Shown in pieces: positions 1 to 9,694 of a DNA stretch of 64,000 nucleotides. Both the position numbers and the translations under genes were made by a program. The notes beneath the pieces were generated by a model. The model was not told the DNA's origin and did no database searches. It saw only the letters and a program-made list of their open reading frames with translations. How positions within the stretch are numbered: the first letter of the stretch is position 1; each line of letters opens with the position of its first letter. This stretch comes from Candidatus Nitrospinota bacterium M3_3B_026 (GTDB lineage: Bacteria; Nitrospinota_A; UBA7883; JBPRGF01). The stretch is from contig JBPRGF010000029.1 in the NCBI GenBank assembly GCA_051418015.1, positions 1 to 64,000 on the forward strand. Reading direction: 5' to 3'.

Positions 1-108
1 CCCTTCGATGCCGGTTTACCGGCGTCGGAAAACGCCATTGGCGCTCCCCCCGCCGGAGACCGTGGTTGAACACGATCCCCGGCGGTACCGGGGAGTTTTA
101 GCTGGCCG

Positions 109-519
109 TCAGAACGCGGCGGCCGGTTTCGGCTCGGACGCGTCGTAGACGGCGTTTGCGAACACGCAGTTGTCGCCGAAAGAGAAGTAGACTTTCACCT
201 TCTTTCCCTTGGCGAGATCGGTCTCGATCCGCGTGGAGCCAGTGACCTTGTACCACTGGTCTCTTATGCGGAAACCTTCGCCGTCCTGCCTCACCGCGGC
301 GATAAAACCGGTGGTGACGTTGCGCTGTCCGTGCGCGGACGGCTTCTCGGTCGGGGTCGGGGCCTCGTCGTCAGGCTCGTTGGAGCTTTCGGACTCGACC
401 TCGGCTGTTGGCTCCTCGCCGTGTTCCTCCTCGGGGCGGGACAGCAACTCGCTGACCATTTTCCCCAGGGCCTCCCACAGCTCCGACTCCGTGATGGTGA
501 CGGTTTTTTCCTTTTCCAT
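109..519 (-). CDS. Hypothetical protein with acidic linker and C-terminal OB-fold-like (DUF5666-like) domain
   Basis: 136-aa ORF with AGGAGG RBS; C-terminus GFIAAV..FRIRDQWYKVTGSTRIETDLAKGKKVKVYF looks like a small beta-barrel. Confidence 0.6.
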   Translation of the reverse strand: MEKEKTVTITESELWEALGKMVSELLSRPEEEHGEEPTAEVESESSNEPDDEAPTPTEKPSAHGQRNVTTGFIAAVRQDGEGFRIRDQWYKVTGSTRIETDLAKGKKVKVYFSFGDNCVFANAVYDASEPKPAAAF

Positions 520-545
520 GATGATCCTCCTTTTCGGATAGGCGC

Positions 546-871
546 GCGAAGCCCCCTTCGCAAAGGAGGTGGATTCCTCCCACGGGAGCCGCGCAAGTTA
601 GAAATTGCGGCCCCCCAATGGGCCATGTATGGAATTTACGCGGACGAAGCCCGCGTCACTGCCGCTATGGAATACGGCTGATTACTTTAAGGTTGGGTTC
701 CCCGTGAGCACGCTAGAGCATAAAAACGCGAGCGCGCAATACGGGTGTTGATTGAGGTCGCCCCGATAGTAATCGGGACTCTTTCTGACCCGCCGGTCAG
801 CCTGTGACACACGGGGCTAAAACCCGTTGCCTTAGTCTTCGGATCAAACCCGAAGAGCGCTCATAAAGAGC
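546..871. repeat. Dense array of about 12 short stem-loops
   Basis: GCGAAG/CTTCGC 546-561, GGAGG/CCTCC 565-580, GGCCC/GGGCC 609-624, ACGCGG/CCGCGT 638-656, CCCGAT/ATCGGG 762-777, CTGACC/GGTCAG 785-800, ACGGG/CCCGT 811-827, TCTTCGG/CCGAAGA 836-856, GCTC/GAGC 859-871. Confidence 0.7.
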
Positions 872-931
872 AGAAATAATAGTTAAATTATAACAGAATT
901 AGTGAAATAAACAAAATTGAAAGTCAATAGT

Positions 932-2068
932 TTACCCTTCTTCCATCCTCCCTTCCAAAAGGTTCACCAAACGCTTTGTGCACGCAAACATTTCATCATA
1001 GGTGACAATTTCAATATCTGGCAGTTGCCGCCTAAATAACTCAAACGACTGCCTCTTAGATAAATCCGTAAGTTGATTCTTTGCGTGGCCAATTACAATA
1101 AGGCACTTTGGGTCAAATGCTTCTACATTTCCTGACTCATCTCGTAGTAGCGTTGCCCGTTCTTGGCTTAGGGAATCACGATAACTCAGTATTTGAACGA
1201 CGGATCCAGTCAACTCTTGGGAAACATTGTATACTCCGCTTCGATATTGATGCCCGAGAAGCGGTGTCTTAGGCGTCTTTATTTCAACGAGCCCAACAGA
1301 TTTAGTCACTTGATTTTTTACAAGAAAGTCGACTACTTTTCCACCTCTATTACTAACCGATTTTCCGCCCACGTATGCTTTGCTTTTAATAATTACAACC
1401 GGAAGGAAGAAGACTTGCTCCAAGACAAAGGACTGCTCTTGCAAAAGCCGTTGCCAAAATTCCTCGTCAGAATTGTTTCGATTATCTGACCATGTTTTTA
1501 AGGCTCGCTTCAAAATTGAAATGCCGAGAGCTGCATTTAATTTCAAAAGGCTGTCCGGCTCAAGCACTTCAAGCCGGTCAAACATCAATGAAAAATTATC
1601 AGCTTCGCTGGCCCAACGAATTAAGCGAGCCAGAGCCTCTGCGCCAAGGGATTGAGTTCCTTTGACTACGGCAGTGAGTTCCTCGTCTGTCATCTCCGCT
1701 ACCGCTTGCACCGTTCGGCTAGCCTTTACAAATCGAGCCTCTCCCCGTGGTATACCTTCTTTTCGATAGATTTCATAAAGAGCGCCTAATTCTGAATACA
1801 GGTTCAGGAGTTCTGAGGATTTAAGTTCTAGCTGAACCCCTTCTCCCTTTTTTAACGTTGAAAGAGGTATAGACTCCGTATCTTCCCACTTTCCAATTGC
1901 ACCCTTTCGTTGAAATATGAAAGTACCTTTAACCGAGGCCTCATTATTTTGTTCGTTATCCACTAAGATCGGTCGGAACACAAGGCGTGTGGTAGATGTT
2001 TCACGAAGGACAATATCATCAGTGGTAGCTGATCGCTTAGAAGTGGATTTGACTATTCTAGTATCCAT
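932..2068 (-). CDS. sduA: Shedu anti-phage nuclease SduA (DUF4263)
   Basis: C-terminal EEFWQ..AYVGGK..DFL..LVEIKTP..ELTGSVVQ PD-(D/E)xK pattern and TYDE tail typical of DUF4263; low GC. Confidence 0.88.
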   Translation of the reverse strand: MDTRIVKSTSKRSATTDDIVLRETSTTRLVFRPILVDNEQNNEASVKGTFIFQRKGAIGKWEDTESIPLSTLKKGEGVQLELKSSELLNLYSELGALYEIYRKEGIPRGEARFVKASRTVQAVAEMTDEELTAVVKGTQSLGAEALARLIRWASEADNFSLMFDRLEVLEPDSLLKLNAALGISILKRALKTWSDNRNNSDEEFWQRLLQEQSFVLEQVFFLPVVIIKSKAYVGGKSVSNRGGKVVDFLVKNQVTKSVGLVEIKTPKTPLLGHQYRSGVYNVSQELTGSVVQILSYRDSLSQERATLLRDESGNVEAFDPKCLIVIGHAKNQLTDLSKRQSFELFRRQLPDIEIVTYDEMFACTKRLVNLLEGRMEEG

Positions 2069-2158
2069 AGAGGCATCGATATATTCGTTTTAATCAAAAT
2101 ATATTGGCATAGGCGTTTATATCATTGTAACCTTTGGGTATGGAAAGGTGAAAGAATT

Positions 2159-2338
2159 ATGGACACTTTGGTAATCCTGTTCGTTGCGCTGGTTATTGTA
2201 GTCATTGCCATAGGCGCGATCAGAGGAAAAGCTGCGAAGCCGGAACACTTTGTGAAAGATGACAATATCTCTGGACTCCATTATGGTGGCCCGTATATGA
2301 CCCCTCCCGGCGCGGATTTTAAAGAGAATGGCAATTAA
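2159..2338 (+). CDS. 59-aa single-TM membrane protein convergent on traG; candidate entry-exclusion protein
   Basis: Translated by hand: MDTLVILFVALVIVVIAIGAIRGKAAKPEHF...ENGN; upstream GGAAAGG RBS; stop overlaps the traG stop. Confidence 0.65.
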   Translation: MDTLVILFVALVIVVIAIGAIRGKAAKPEHFVKDDNISGLHYGGPYMTPPGADFKENGN

Positions 2339-5274
2339 TCCATTCCGTTCGTAAGGTTGTCCAAGCTTGTCTTATCGTTTTGATCTACACGGGGAAGGCC
2401 GTCTGGGAGCATGTCTTTGATAATTTCTTTCGGTCCATATTTATCGGTTTCGGCCCTTTTATAGACTTCCTCGATGTACATCCCAGTTGCGTCAGCCATG
2501 GCCTGACCGGTTTCCATTCGGTTGAGCTTCTGAGAATATGACTCTTTATACGAACTAATGATCCTGTCGTGGATATCCACTATTCGAGAGTCGACGCTTT
2601 CCCTTGATAGAGTTTCCGCAGATGTGCTAGCTCCAGCGCTCGCTATCCAAGCGTCTCCGCCGACGCCGAGAGATGCGCTCGCTTTGTCGGCATCAATCCC
2701 CTCCAATCTACTTACCATCCCGGTGACGATCTGGGCGGAGAGGGCCCACATGAGGGTGTCGCGCTGCTGGCCGGTGAGACCGGGATCGGTGACGGCGTCG
2801 TAGAGGCGCGGGTCGCGGTTAAGGGCGGCCTGGATGGCGGTCTGGCTGTCGTACTTCGCGCCCCAGCTTGCGAGGTACTCGTCGACGGCGAAACGCTGGA
2901 CCTTGTAGCCCTCTTGAACGGTGGTGGTCTGGTCGGTGACGTGCTTGTCGATATCCTGCCAGACGCGCTCGTGCCCTTCCAGCCTCTGCTCCAGCCATCG
3001 CTTCTGCGCGAGATCGTAATGCAGGACGGATGCGCCATGCTCGGCTTTGGCTGTCGCCCAGCCATCGGCGTCGCCGGCCAGGGATAGCTGAACCCGCTCG
3101 CCAGCGCCGAGCCAGCCTGCCAACTCGCTCATGTAGCTTGCGAACCTGTGATGCCCCTCCCCATGCGCCCAATCGGCTATGCCACCGAGTTGTTCTTTCG
3201 TCGCATATCCAGTGAACGCCCGGGCGACCTCGACGCCTTCCTGATTGAACGCGCTCACGGCCCTGCCTTCCAGCGACACGTCCCCGAAAGTGGCCTGATC
3301 CACGCGGCTGACGTTGGAGAATCCCATGCTCCTTGCCGCGTCTTTTATTTCGCCCCATGATCTGCCGCCGCCTACTATGGATAGAAGCTGCGCGCCGGTG
3401 ACGCCTCTTGCCGATTCGGCCATGGCCATGGACTCGGCGTCCTGCGTTGTTAACACATGAGCCCTTGTCCTCTTACCCGCGCCCGTCAGAGAGCCGGACT
3501 TGTACGCCTCTTCAGATTTCATCTGCTCGGCGGCGCCGACCTTCTCCATCGCCCCTTTCGCCGTAGCGTCGGATGTCCTGTCAGCGGCGGACTCGATAGC
3601 GCCCATGTCATCCAGCCCCGCGCCGGATAGCGCTTCAACCGTCTGTCCGGCGGTCTCCATCTTCTGCGTCGGGCCGAAGTAGGACATGCCGGCGCGGTTC
3701 GTCCAGTTGTATCTCTCGGCGAACCTTATGTACGCCGCGCTCTCGGATGCGGAGAGCAAAGCGCGGGAGGCTCCCTCCGGCGTGGCGGCTGTCTGCCCAG
3801 CCATCGATCCGGCCGATTTCGGGATGGCGGTCAACTGGCCCGCGAACATGGCCATGGCGTGGCCGCCGAACCGGATGATCATCATCGTCATCACCGTGGC
3901 CAGCATCGCGCCGGTCCAGCGGATCGCCCCGAACGCGGCCAGCGTCCGCATCGACGCCGTCTCGAACATCATGATCGCGTGCAGGCCGAGCTGGTTCTGG
4001 CGCACCTCCTCGAACGTGTTGTAGCCGTAGCTCATGGCGAACTGGTGGACGATGGCATCGGTTACGCCCCAGGCGGTGATCCAGACGAAGAAGCCGACCA
4101 GCATCCCGGCCACGCGCGGGAAAAGCGGCGTGGGGAGGAAGAGGATCAAAAACGGTGTGAGGCCCACGGCGATGGCGAGCGTCACGGCGCGGATGACGGG
4201 TACCCAATCGTTGGCGGCGACACCGGCGGAGATCATGGAGACGCCGGCGTTGCGGTCGGCGAGCGCGCGGATGGCCGCGTCCGGGCTGTACTTTCGCACG
4301 GTAGTGTCTATGGCCTGAGCTATCGCCGCCTGGCGGAACACGGTCTCGGCGGTGTATGCGCCGGTGGTGTTTTCCATCCAGTTGACGGCGTCGGCCAGCG
4401 TCGCTTTGCATTGTGTCAGCTGAGCGGGGATCGTGGGGTCGAACCCGGCCGAGGCGCACTGGGCTTTGGTGATGCTGTCGTAGTTGCTGGAGGCGGTGAG
4501 ATCGCTTCGCAGTCTTGCCCACGCATGGTTGCAGGTGAGCTCGATCCCGCCGGGGTTGGAGTCGTCATAGTAGACGGTGTAGATGGGGTTGTAGTCCGCC
4601 TGGCCGAGGATGCTCAAAAAGTCCGTGTTCGCTGCGACGTCGTTGGGACTGATGTTCAGCGCCGGTTGCGGATTGTTGACTCCGAAGAAGAGGCAGTCGT
4701 CCACGTACTTTTTTAGCGACTGGTGGATATGAAGGTCGTCGAACGTCACGCCGCGGCGGCCGATGCCGAGGAGCATGTCGAACCCAACGCCGCCCGCCTG
4801 ACGGTCGTAACCGGCCTCCGGTGGCAGTATCCCGGCGGTTGAGATAATGTCCACGAGCCCGCGCTCGATCTTGTTGAGGAGGCCTAGGATGATGATCATT
4901 CCGTCGGGGACGCCGGACACCGCCTCGTACCGGTTCTTCACGGGATCGTAGACGTGGATGGTCCCCTTTGGGACGACGAAGGCGAGGTAGAGCATCACAC
5001 CCACGAGAAGCGGGAGAGCCCAAGCGGAGAGGACGCCAACTCTCAGGCCCACACCAGCGCGCAGGAGCGCTCCTATCATCCCGAACAGCATGCCCAGGAC
5101 GACGACGGAAACGAAAAGCCCCTGGTAACGCACGTCGGAAAAGATCAGCGCGACGTTCCGGAACGCGCCGTATGCCGCCTCAAATCCGTTGTAGACGTGG
5201 AACTCGTCCTCCCAGGCAAGGGCTGGATGGGCAGAGGTGATTATTGTGATGAGCGTAACCCAAAAAATTCTCAC
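2335..5274 (-). CDS. traG: Conjugal transfer mating-pair stabilisation protein TraG
   Basis: 979 aa, multi-TM N-terminal TraG_N region, position after traH. Confidence 0.9.
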   Translation of the reverse strand: MRIFWVTLITIITSAHPALAWEDEFHVYNGFEAAYGAFRNVALIFSDVRYQGLFVSVVVLGMLFGMIGALLRAGVGLRVGVLSAWALPLLVGVMLYLAFVVPKGTIHVYDPVKNRYEAVSGVPDGMIIILGLLNKIERGLVDIISTAGILPPEAGYDRQAGGVGFDMLLGIGRRGVTFDDLHIHQSLKKYVDDCLFFGVNNPQPALNISPNDVAANTDFLSILGQADYNPIYTVYYDDSNPGGIELTCNHAWARLRSDLTASSNYDSITKAQCASAGFDPTIPAQLTQCKATLADAVNWMENTTGAYTAETVFRQAAIAQAIDTTVRKYSPDAAIRALADRNAGVSMISAGVAANDWVPVIRAVTLAIAVGLTPFLILFLPTPLFPRVAGMLVGFFVWITAWGVTDAIVHQFAMSYGYNTFEEVRQNQLGLHAIMMFETASMRTLAAFGAIRWTGAMLATVMTMMIIRFGGHAMAMFAGQLTAIPKSAGSMAGQTAATPEGASRALLSASESAAYIRFAERYNWTNRAGMSYFGPTQKMETAGQTVEALSGAGLDDMGAIESAADRTSDATAKGAMEKVGAAEQMKSEEAYKSGSLTGAGKRTRAHVLTTQDAESMAMAESARGVTGAQLLSIVGGGRSWGEIKDAARSMGFSNVSRVDQATFGDVSLEGRAVSAFNQEGVEVARAFTGYATKEQLGGIADWAHGEGHHRFASYMSELAGWLGAGERVQLSLAGDADGWATAKAEHGASVLHYDLAQKRWLEQRLEGHERVWQDIDKHVTDQTTTVQEGYKVQRFAVDEYLASWGAKYDSQTAIQAALNRDPRLYDAVTDPGLTGQQRDTLMWALSAQIVTGMVSRLEGIDADKASASLGVGGDAWIASAGASTSAETLSRESVDSRIVDIHDRIISSYKESYSQKLNRMETGQAMADATGMYIEEVYKRAETDKYGPKEIIKDMLPDGLPRVDQNDKTSLDNLTNGMD

Positions 5275-6701
5275 AGCCCGTCCTTCTTTATCGTCTCGGC
5301 CGTTTCATCGCCGGATTTCTGAGTTGTCTCATCAAGTCTCTTCACGACGGTGAAATACGCTCCCAGCTCACCAGCCGTTCTCTGGTAGTCCTGACCGATA
5401 GCCATCGCCTGCTCGGCTAGCCTGCGTCTCATCTTCTCCATGGCAGTTTTCGTGGATGCGATCAGGTTCTCGATCATGCAGTTCGGGCTGATGTAGCCGC
5501 CCTGCCGGTCGATGACGCTCTCCACAAGGCGGATGTTGCTTCCGACAAGTTCATACAGGTCGGACAGCATCCCGAAAGCGTAACCTCTCGCCGCGATGTC
5601 CGCGAACATGACGACGACCATCTCCTCCTGGTTTGTCTTCACCGCCGACTTGAGCGTGGAGTAGATGGGAAGCGGGAACGAGTCTATGAAGCTCTGCTGA
5701 GCGGCAGTAAGCGGCGTGTCGTTCCTGATACTGCCCGCGATTTTCTCCAGCGTCTGCTGAGCCCACTGGGCAAGCTCCCTGTTCGCGTCGTTTACCTGGT
5801 AGCAATCGCCGCCGTTCGACGGCCGTGCGTAGATGGAGCCCTTAAGGAAGCCTTCGGTGCCCATGGTCTTGTTCCGCGGGCATGGCGGGATTTCCTTTGG
5901 TATGAAGGAGACGGCACCGTTCCCCTGATTGCGGGACTCGATTATCACATCGCCAACGAGGCCTCGGGCGAGGTCCATATAGCTGTCCGGATAGCCCCTC
6001 ATCTCGCCGGCGACCTGCAGAACGCTTTTACCGGAATAGCCATCGAAAATAGAGCGCAGCTCACCCGGGCAGCCGGTGATTTTGTCCGCGTCGTTGGTGA
6101 GCGGCTTGTCGTTGTTCCCCTGCCAGCCTTCCTTGATCTCGTGCCAGGAGTCCTCGACGCCTTGCGTCATCGCCTCCCAGCTGTCCACTGCTGCGCGGTA
6201 CTTGGGGTCGTCCTCCTTGCTGAACGTCTTGGCGACGAGCACCTGCGAGGCCTGGCAATCGTTGATCTGAATCTGGTTGAGCATGTCTGATATCGACTCC
6301 AGGCTTTTCATCGCCTTGGCGCACTGGGGGCAGAGGGTGTCCAGCGCAATGTCGAAGGCGTAAGACGCGACCGCCGGGCCGATGATCCGCTCGAACTTGT
6401 TCATCAGGTAATCGGGGTCTTTGAGGAGCGAGAACGCGCCGAGGTTGACGTCGATCCCGCCGCAGCCGTACTTGACTCTCGGCGGCTCGGCGCTGAACAG
6501 GTAGTCGTTCCCCTGATACCAACGGGCTGAGAATCCGCCTGCGGTGTAATATCCTCGCTGCTGTCCCTTGAAGTATCCAGGCGAGGTTTCCGTCTTCTGG
6601 TCGATCCAGTCATCCACCCACCCGGCGTGGGCTGGCGTAGAGAGCGTGGCTATAAACATGAAAATCGCGACACTCGCGAGTCTTGCATTTCGTGTGATCA
6701 T
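5271..6701 (-). CDS. traH: Conjugal transfer pilus assembly protein TraH
   Basis: PGYFKGQQRGYYTAGG, GCGGID, CPQC motifs. Confidence 0.93.
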   Translation of the reverse strand: MITRNARLASVAIFMFIATLSTPAHAGWVDDWIDQKTETSPGYFKGQQRGYYTAGGFSARWYQGNDYLFSAEPPRVKYGCGGIDVNLGAFSLLKDPDYLMNKFERIIGPAVASYAFDIALDTLCPQCAKAMKSLESISDMLNQIQINDCQASQVLVAKTFSKEDDPKYRAAVDSWEAMTQGVEDSWHEIKEGWQGNNDKPLTNDADKITGCPGELRSIFDGYSGKSVLQVAGEMRGYPDSYMDLARGLVGDVIIESRNQGNGAVSFIPKEIPPCPRNKTMGTEGFLKGSIYARPSNGGDCYQVNDANRELAQWAQQTLEKIAGSIRNDTPLTAAQQSFIDSFPLPIYSTLKSAVKTNQEEMVVVMFADIAARGYAFGMLSDLYELVGSNIRLVESVIDRQGGYISPNCMIENLIASTKTAMEKMRRRLAEQAMAIGQDYQRTAGELGAYFTVVKRLDETTQKSGDETAETIKKDGL

Positions 6702-7531
6702 TCTCTGGCCTCCACTCCTGTGGCCGCCGGATCGAAATAGCCCTTGCGCTGGAATTCGTAGAGGGAGTATTGCTCCGGCGTGATATCGCCCCGGAGAAGA
6801 CGCATTCCTCGATAAAGCTCCGTCTCAATCTCGGACAGGGACGCTACGCCTACGGAGACCGGCAGGTGGTCGTCGCTCATTCTATATATAAGAAGTAGCG
6901 TGGGAGTCGTCTGGATGTCGAATCGTGAAGCGATCACCGCCTCCCGATCCACATCGACCGGCTTTATTATCCAGCCGTATTTCTCCGCGAACTGGCCGAG
7001 GATACCGTCTTGCGCCGCGCAGAATGAACAATCCGGCGAGTGGAAGTAAAGAAGCGCGAAGTCATCCCTTGCGCTGAGGATCGTTGACCCGATCTCCTCA
7101 CGCCTGATTCGCAGCATGGCCTTTCGCCCTGGCGCGGAGACAGGCAAATCCCTTGCGCCCTCATATTGCGGATTGTTTTTCGCCACGACCATCGCAACGT
7201 TGGCGAACGCCGCCGCCTTGCGCCTGGCTATGTCCTGAAGATGGAAGTATCGCTTTACGTTATCAATCGTGGGAGCGCGCACGGCTTCTTTTTTCGCATT
7301 GGCCAATAGCTCCTGAAACTTATCAGGATCCATTCGCCACAGATCGGCGCTCGGAATAACTTCAGGTTGTGGAGTGGGCGTGTTTGTCTTTTCCTCCTGC
7401 TTTGGCTTAGCCCAGTCGTACCAGAACCAGCCGCATTGAGCGCACCGATTCTCTGCGTCGGCCAACGATGCGGTTAATAGCGCCAACGCCACAATGCTAT
7501 AAAATCGGATATACGATCGCTTTGACATCAT
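6698..7531 (-). CDS. traF: Conjugal transfer protein TraF (thioredoxin-like)
   Basis: GWFWY motif, PTIDNV, CSFC thioredoxin fold, position before traH. Confidence 0.9.
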   Translation of the reverse strand: MMSKRSYIRFYSIVALALLTASLADAENRCAQCGWFWYDWAKPKQEEKTNTPTPQPEVIPSADLWRMDPDKFQELLANAKKEAVRAPTIDNVKRYFHLQDIARRKAAAFANVAMVVAKNNPQYEGARDLPVSAPGRKAMLRIRREEIGSTILSARDDFALLYFHSPDCSFCAAQDGILGQFAEKYGWIIKPVDVDREAVIASRFDIQTTPTLLLIYRMSDDHLPVSVGVASLSEIETELYRGMRLLRGDITPEQYSLYEFQRKGYFDPAATGVEARE

Positions 7532-7970
7532 CCACCTTCACGAATCCCAGGTAACGCGAATCGAAGCTGTCCTTTCCGTCACCCATAAGGAACAAGTTCC
7601 CGGCTGGTACTTTGCCGTTGAACACAAAGTTTTTAAGCGGTTCACCTTTCAGTGAGCGCGTCCTCGCCTCGCCAAGATAAGCCCCATCGCAGAAATAGCG
7701 CCTCCCTTCAACGCGCAGTTCTTCACCGGGAACACAGGCCACCCGCTTTGCCATGTCGAAAGGGTTTCCATCGTTGATGTATCGCGATTTCGCACGGGCG
7801 ATTACGTAGTCGCCTTTACGTGGGACATCGCCAGAGCCGATGGCTCTCTTGTAAAAGACACGGTGATCAAGCGACGGTGATGTTGTGACTATTACCCTGC
7901 CCGGAATGAAAGTCCCGGTGTAGGCGGCGGTAGCGACAATAAACACCCCTATCAGCTTACCGCTTGCCAT
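7497..7970 (-). CDS. S26 family conjugative signal peptidase (TrhF-like pilin-processing enzyme)
   Basis: TSPSL Ser motif, KRVACVPG Lys motif, DSFDSRYLGFV. Confidence 0.9.
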   Translation of the reverse strand: MASGKLIGVFIVATAAYTGTFIPGRVIVTTSPSLDHRVFYKRAIGSGDVPRKGDYVIARAKSRYINDGNPFDMAKRVACVPGEELRVEGRRYFCDGAYLGEARTRSLKGEPLKNFVFNGKVPAGNLFLMGDGKDSFDSRYLGFVKVDDVKAIVYPIL

Positions 7971-8688
7971 CGAAGAACCCTTCCTTCAACCGAGCGATCA
8001 TCCTGGCCAGCGATTTGCTTCCGCTCTCCTTTTGAATGCGCCTTAACAAATACTCTAGAGAAGCATCACCATAGACAGCGTAAGCTCCTCTCACATTAGC
8101 CGCTTTAATTATTCCCTCACTCATTTGTGGATGATTGGTCGTCACACTCGTGGCATATACAATGGCTGGAACTCTCTCGACGCTATACCTGCGAAACAGT
8201 TTTGGGTCGATCTGCACCCCTGTTTTGAACAACTCGCATGGCCCGGCGGCTGGATCACAATTTTCGTCCTTGAACAATACCTCCTTCATGAATTCCAGCG
8301 TCGGCCCGACTTTCGCCATTCCGCCGACGAACCCGCGCATCACGACAGCGATGTTCGGGTCATCGACTCCATCCAGATCGGCTAGGTAGCGCCGGAGGGT
8401 AGCTTTCGGGATCGAGGACGAAATGAAGACATACAGCCGCTCTGATGATGAGAGAAACTGCCCGCCATTATCACTCTGGCCGGTTTGCTCGGCTTCATCG
8501 CCGAGCATCTTGCTTTTGAGCCGTTCCCGGATTGTTTCAACTCGATCCCGAAACTCATCGGAATGGAAAACTCCCGAAGCTCGTTTAGCGGCTTGCTCGA
8601 CGGCTTCGTTCGAGGCCGATACGGCTTCTTGAGAGGTCATCACCACAACCGCCAACGCGATTACGATGGTCAAAATGTCAGAACGCAC
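7957..8688 (-). CDS. trbC: Type-F pilin assembly protein TrbC
   Basis: YVFISSSIP, VMRGFVG, IDPKLFRRYSVERVPA, GDASLEYLL motifs. Confidence 0.9.
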   Translation of the reverse strand: MRSDILTIVIALAVVVMTSQEAVSASNEAVEQAAKRASGVFHSDEFRDRVETIRERLKSKMLGDEAEQTGQSDNGGQFLSSSERLYVFISSSIPKATLRRYLADLDGVDDPNIAVVMRGFVGGMAKVGPTLEFMKEVLFKDENCDPAAGPCELFKTGVQIDPKLFRRYSVERVPAIVYATSVTTNHPQMSEGIIKAANVRGAYAVYGDASLEYLLRRIQKESGSKSLARMIARLKEGFFDGKR

Positions 8689-9694
8689 AGCAGGTCCTTT
8701 TCCTGAAGGTCACCCATAGAAAGTTGTTCCCGGAGTATGGCGGATTTTTCATCGCGCCCCAGATAAGGGAGCTTCGGCCGATCGGGTGGCACATGGAATC
8801 GCGGACGGGCTTGGCCACGTGAAACCTGTAGTTCCACTTCACCCAGTTCGGCGTGTAGACGCAGCCACACATGTAAACGCCGCAGTCCATGACCATCCCG
8901 AGTCTAGACAGAAGGAAGTTGACCCGGGCGGCAAGGCCCACGTTGGCCTGGGTGTCGCTCTCTTCGGTGATGTGCCCGGTCAGCGGAAACGCGCTGCCCC
9001 ACGATCCCATGCACCAGTAGAGTTCATTGAGCGGAAGCCAGGTGTTCGCCGCGGCGCCATCGGCCGCGCAAGCGGTCTGAGAAGCGTAGTTGGCGAACAG
9101 CTTCGCGTCGGGGTTTTCTATGGCCGCCAGGGCGTCGTTGCTCCAGGCGAAGTTGTACTCCGACATGAACATGACGTCGAACCCGCCCTGCGTCGTACAG
9201 GCAAGATCGGTAAGTAATCCCATCACAGCCCATATCGGGAACTTTATGTAGTGCGCGTGGGCAAAGGTGTAGACGTCCGTCTGGCCGCCCTGCGAGTGAT
9301 CGCTGCCCGCGCCGGAGCCAAAACCCCGCGTGTAACCCGCCGATGACGCCCATGAGCCTGCCATGCTCTCGCCCAATGTCGGCGAGCAGAACGGCTCCTT
9401 GACCGTTTCCACCAGCGCGCGTGGCTCCCAGAAGGCGATGGGGATGCCGTATCTGTAATGGATAGGCGGTGGGGCCGGGCATACGCACCAGGAAGTGTTT
9501 GCGCTGTCCGGCGGGTCAGGCGAGCCCGACGTGTTCGGGTAGGTGGTAACGCCCCCGATCTTTATCGGGAACATACAGTCCCAGCAGACGTCAGTCGCAG
9601 GGTTGAACGGCGTCCCGGCGCAGATCGCCCACGCCTGCCCGGTGATCGCCAGCAGGAAGGCAAGGCTAATCAGCGGAATTTTTAACTTCGACAT
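8678..9694 (-). CDS. traU: Conjugal transfer protein TraU
   Basis: NPATDVCWDCMFPI, FWEP, WCMGSWG, RKRTCCAF. Confidence 0.95.
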   Translation of the reverse strand: MSKLKIPLISLAFLLAITGQAWAICAGTPFNPATDVCWDCMFPIKIGGVTTYPNTSGSPDPPDSANTSWCVCPAPPPIHYRYGIPIAFWEPRALVETVKEPFCSPTLGESMAGSWASSAGYTRGFGSGAGSDHSQGGQTDVYTFAHAHYIKFPIWAVMGLLTDLACTTQGGFDVMFMSEYNFAWSNDALAAIENPDAKLFANYASQTACAADGAAANTWLPLNELYWCMGSWGSAFPLTGHITEESDTQANVGLAARVNFLLSRLGMVMDCGVYMCGCVYTPNWVKWNYRFHVAKPVRDSMCHPIGRSSLIWGAMKNPPYSGNNFLWVTFRKRTCCAF

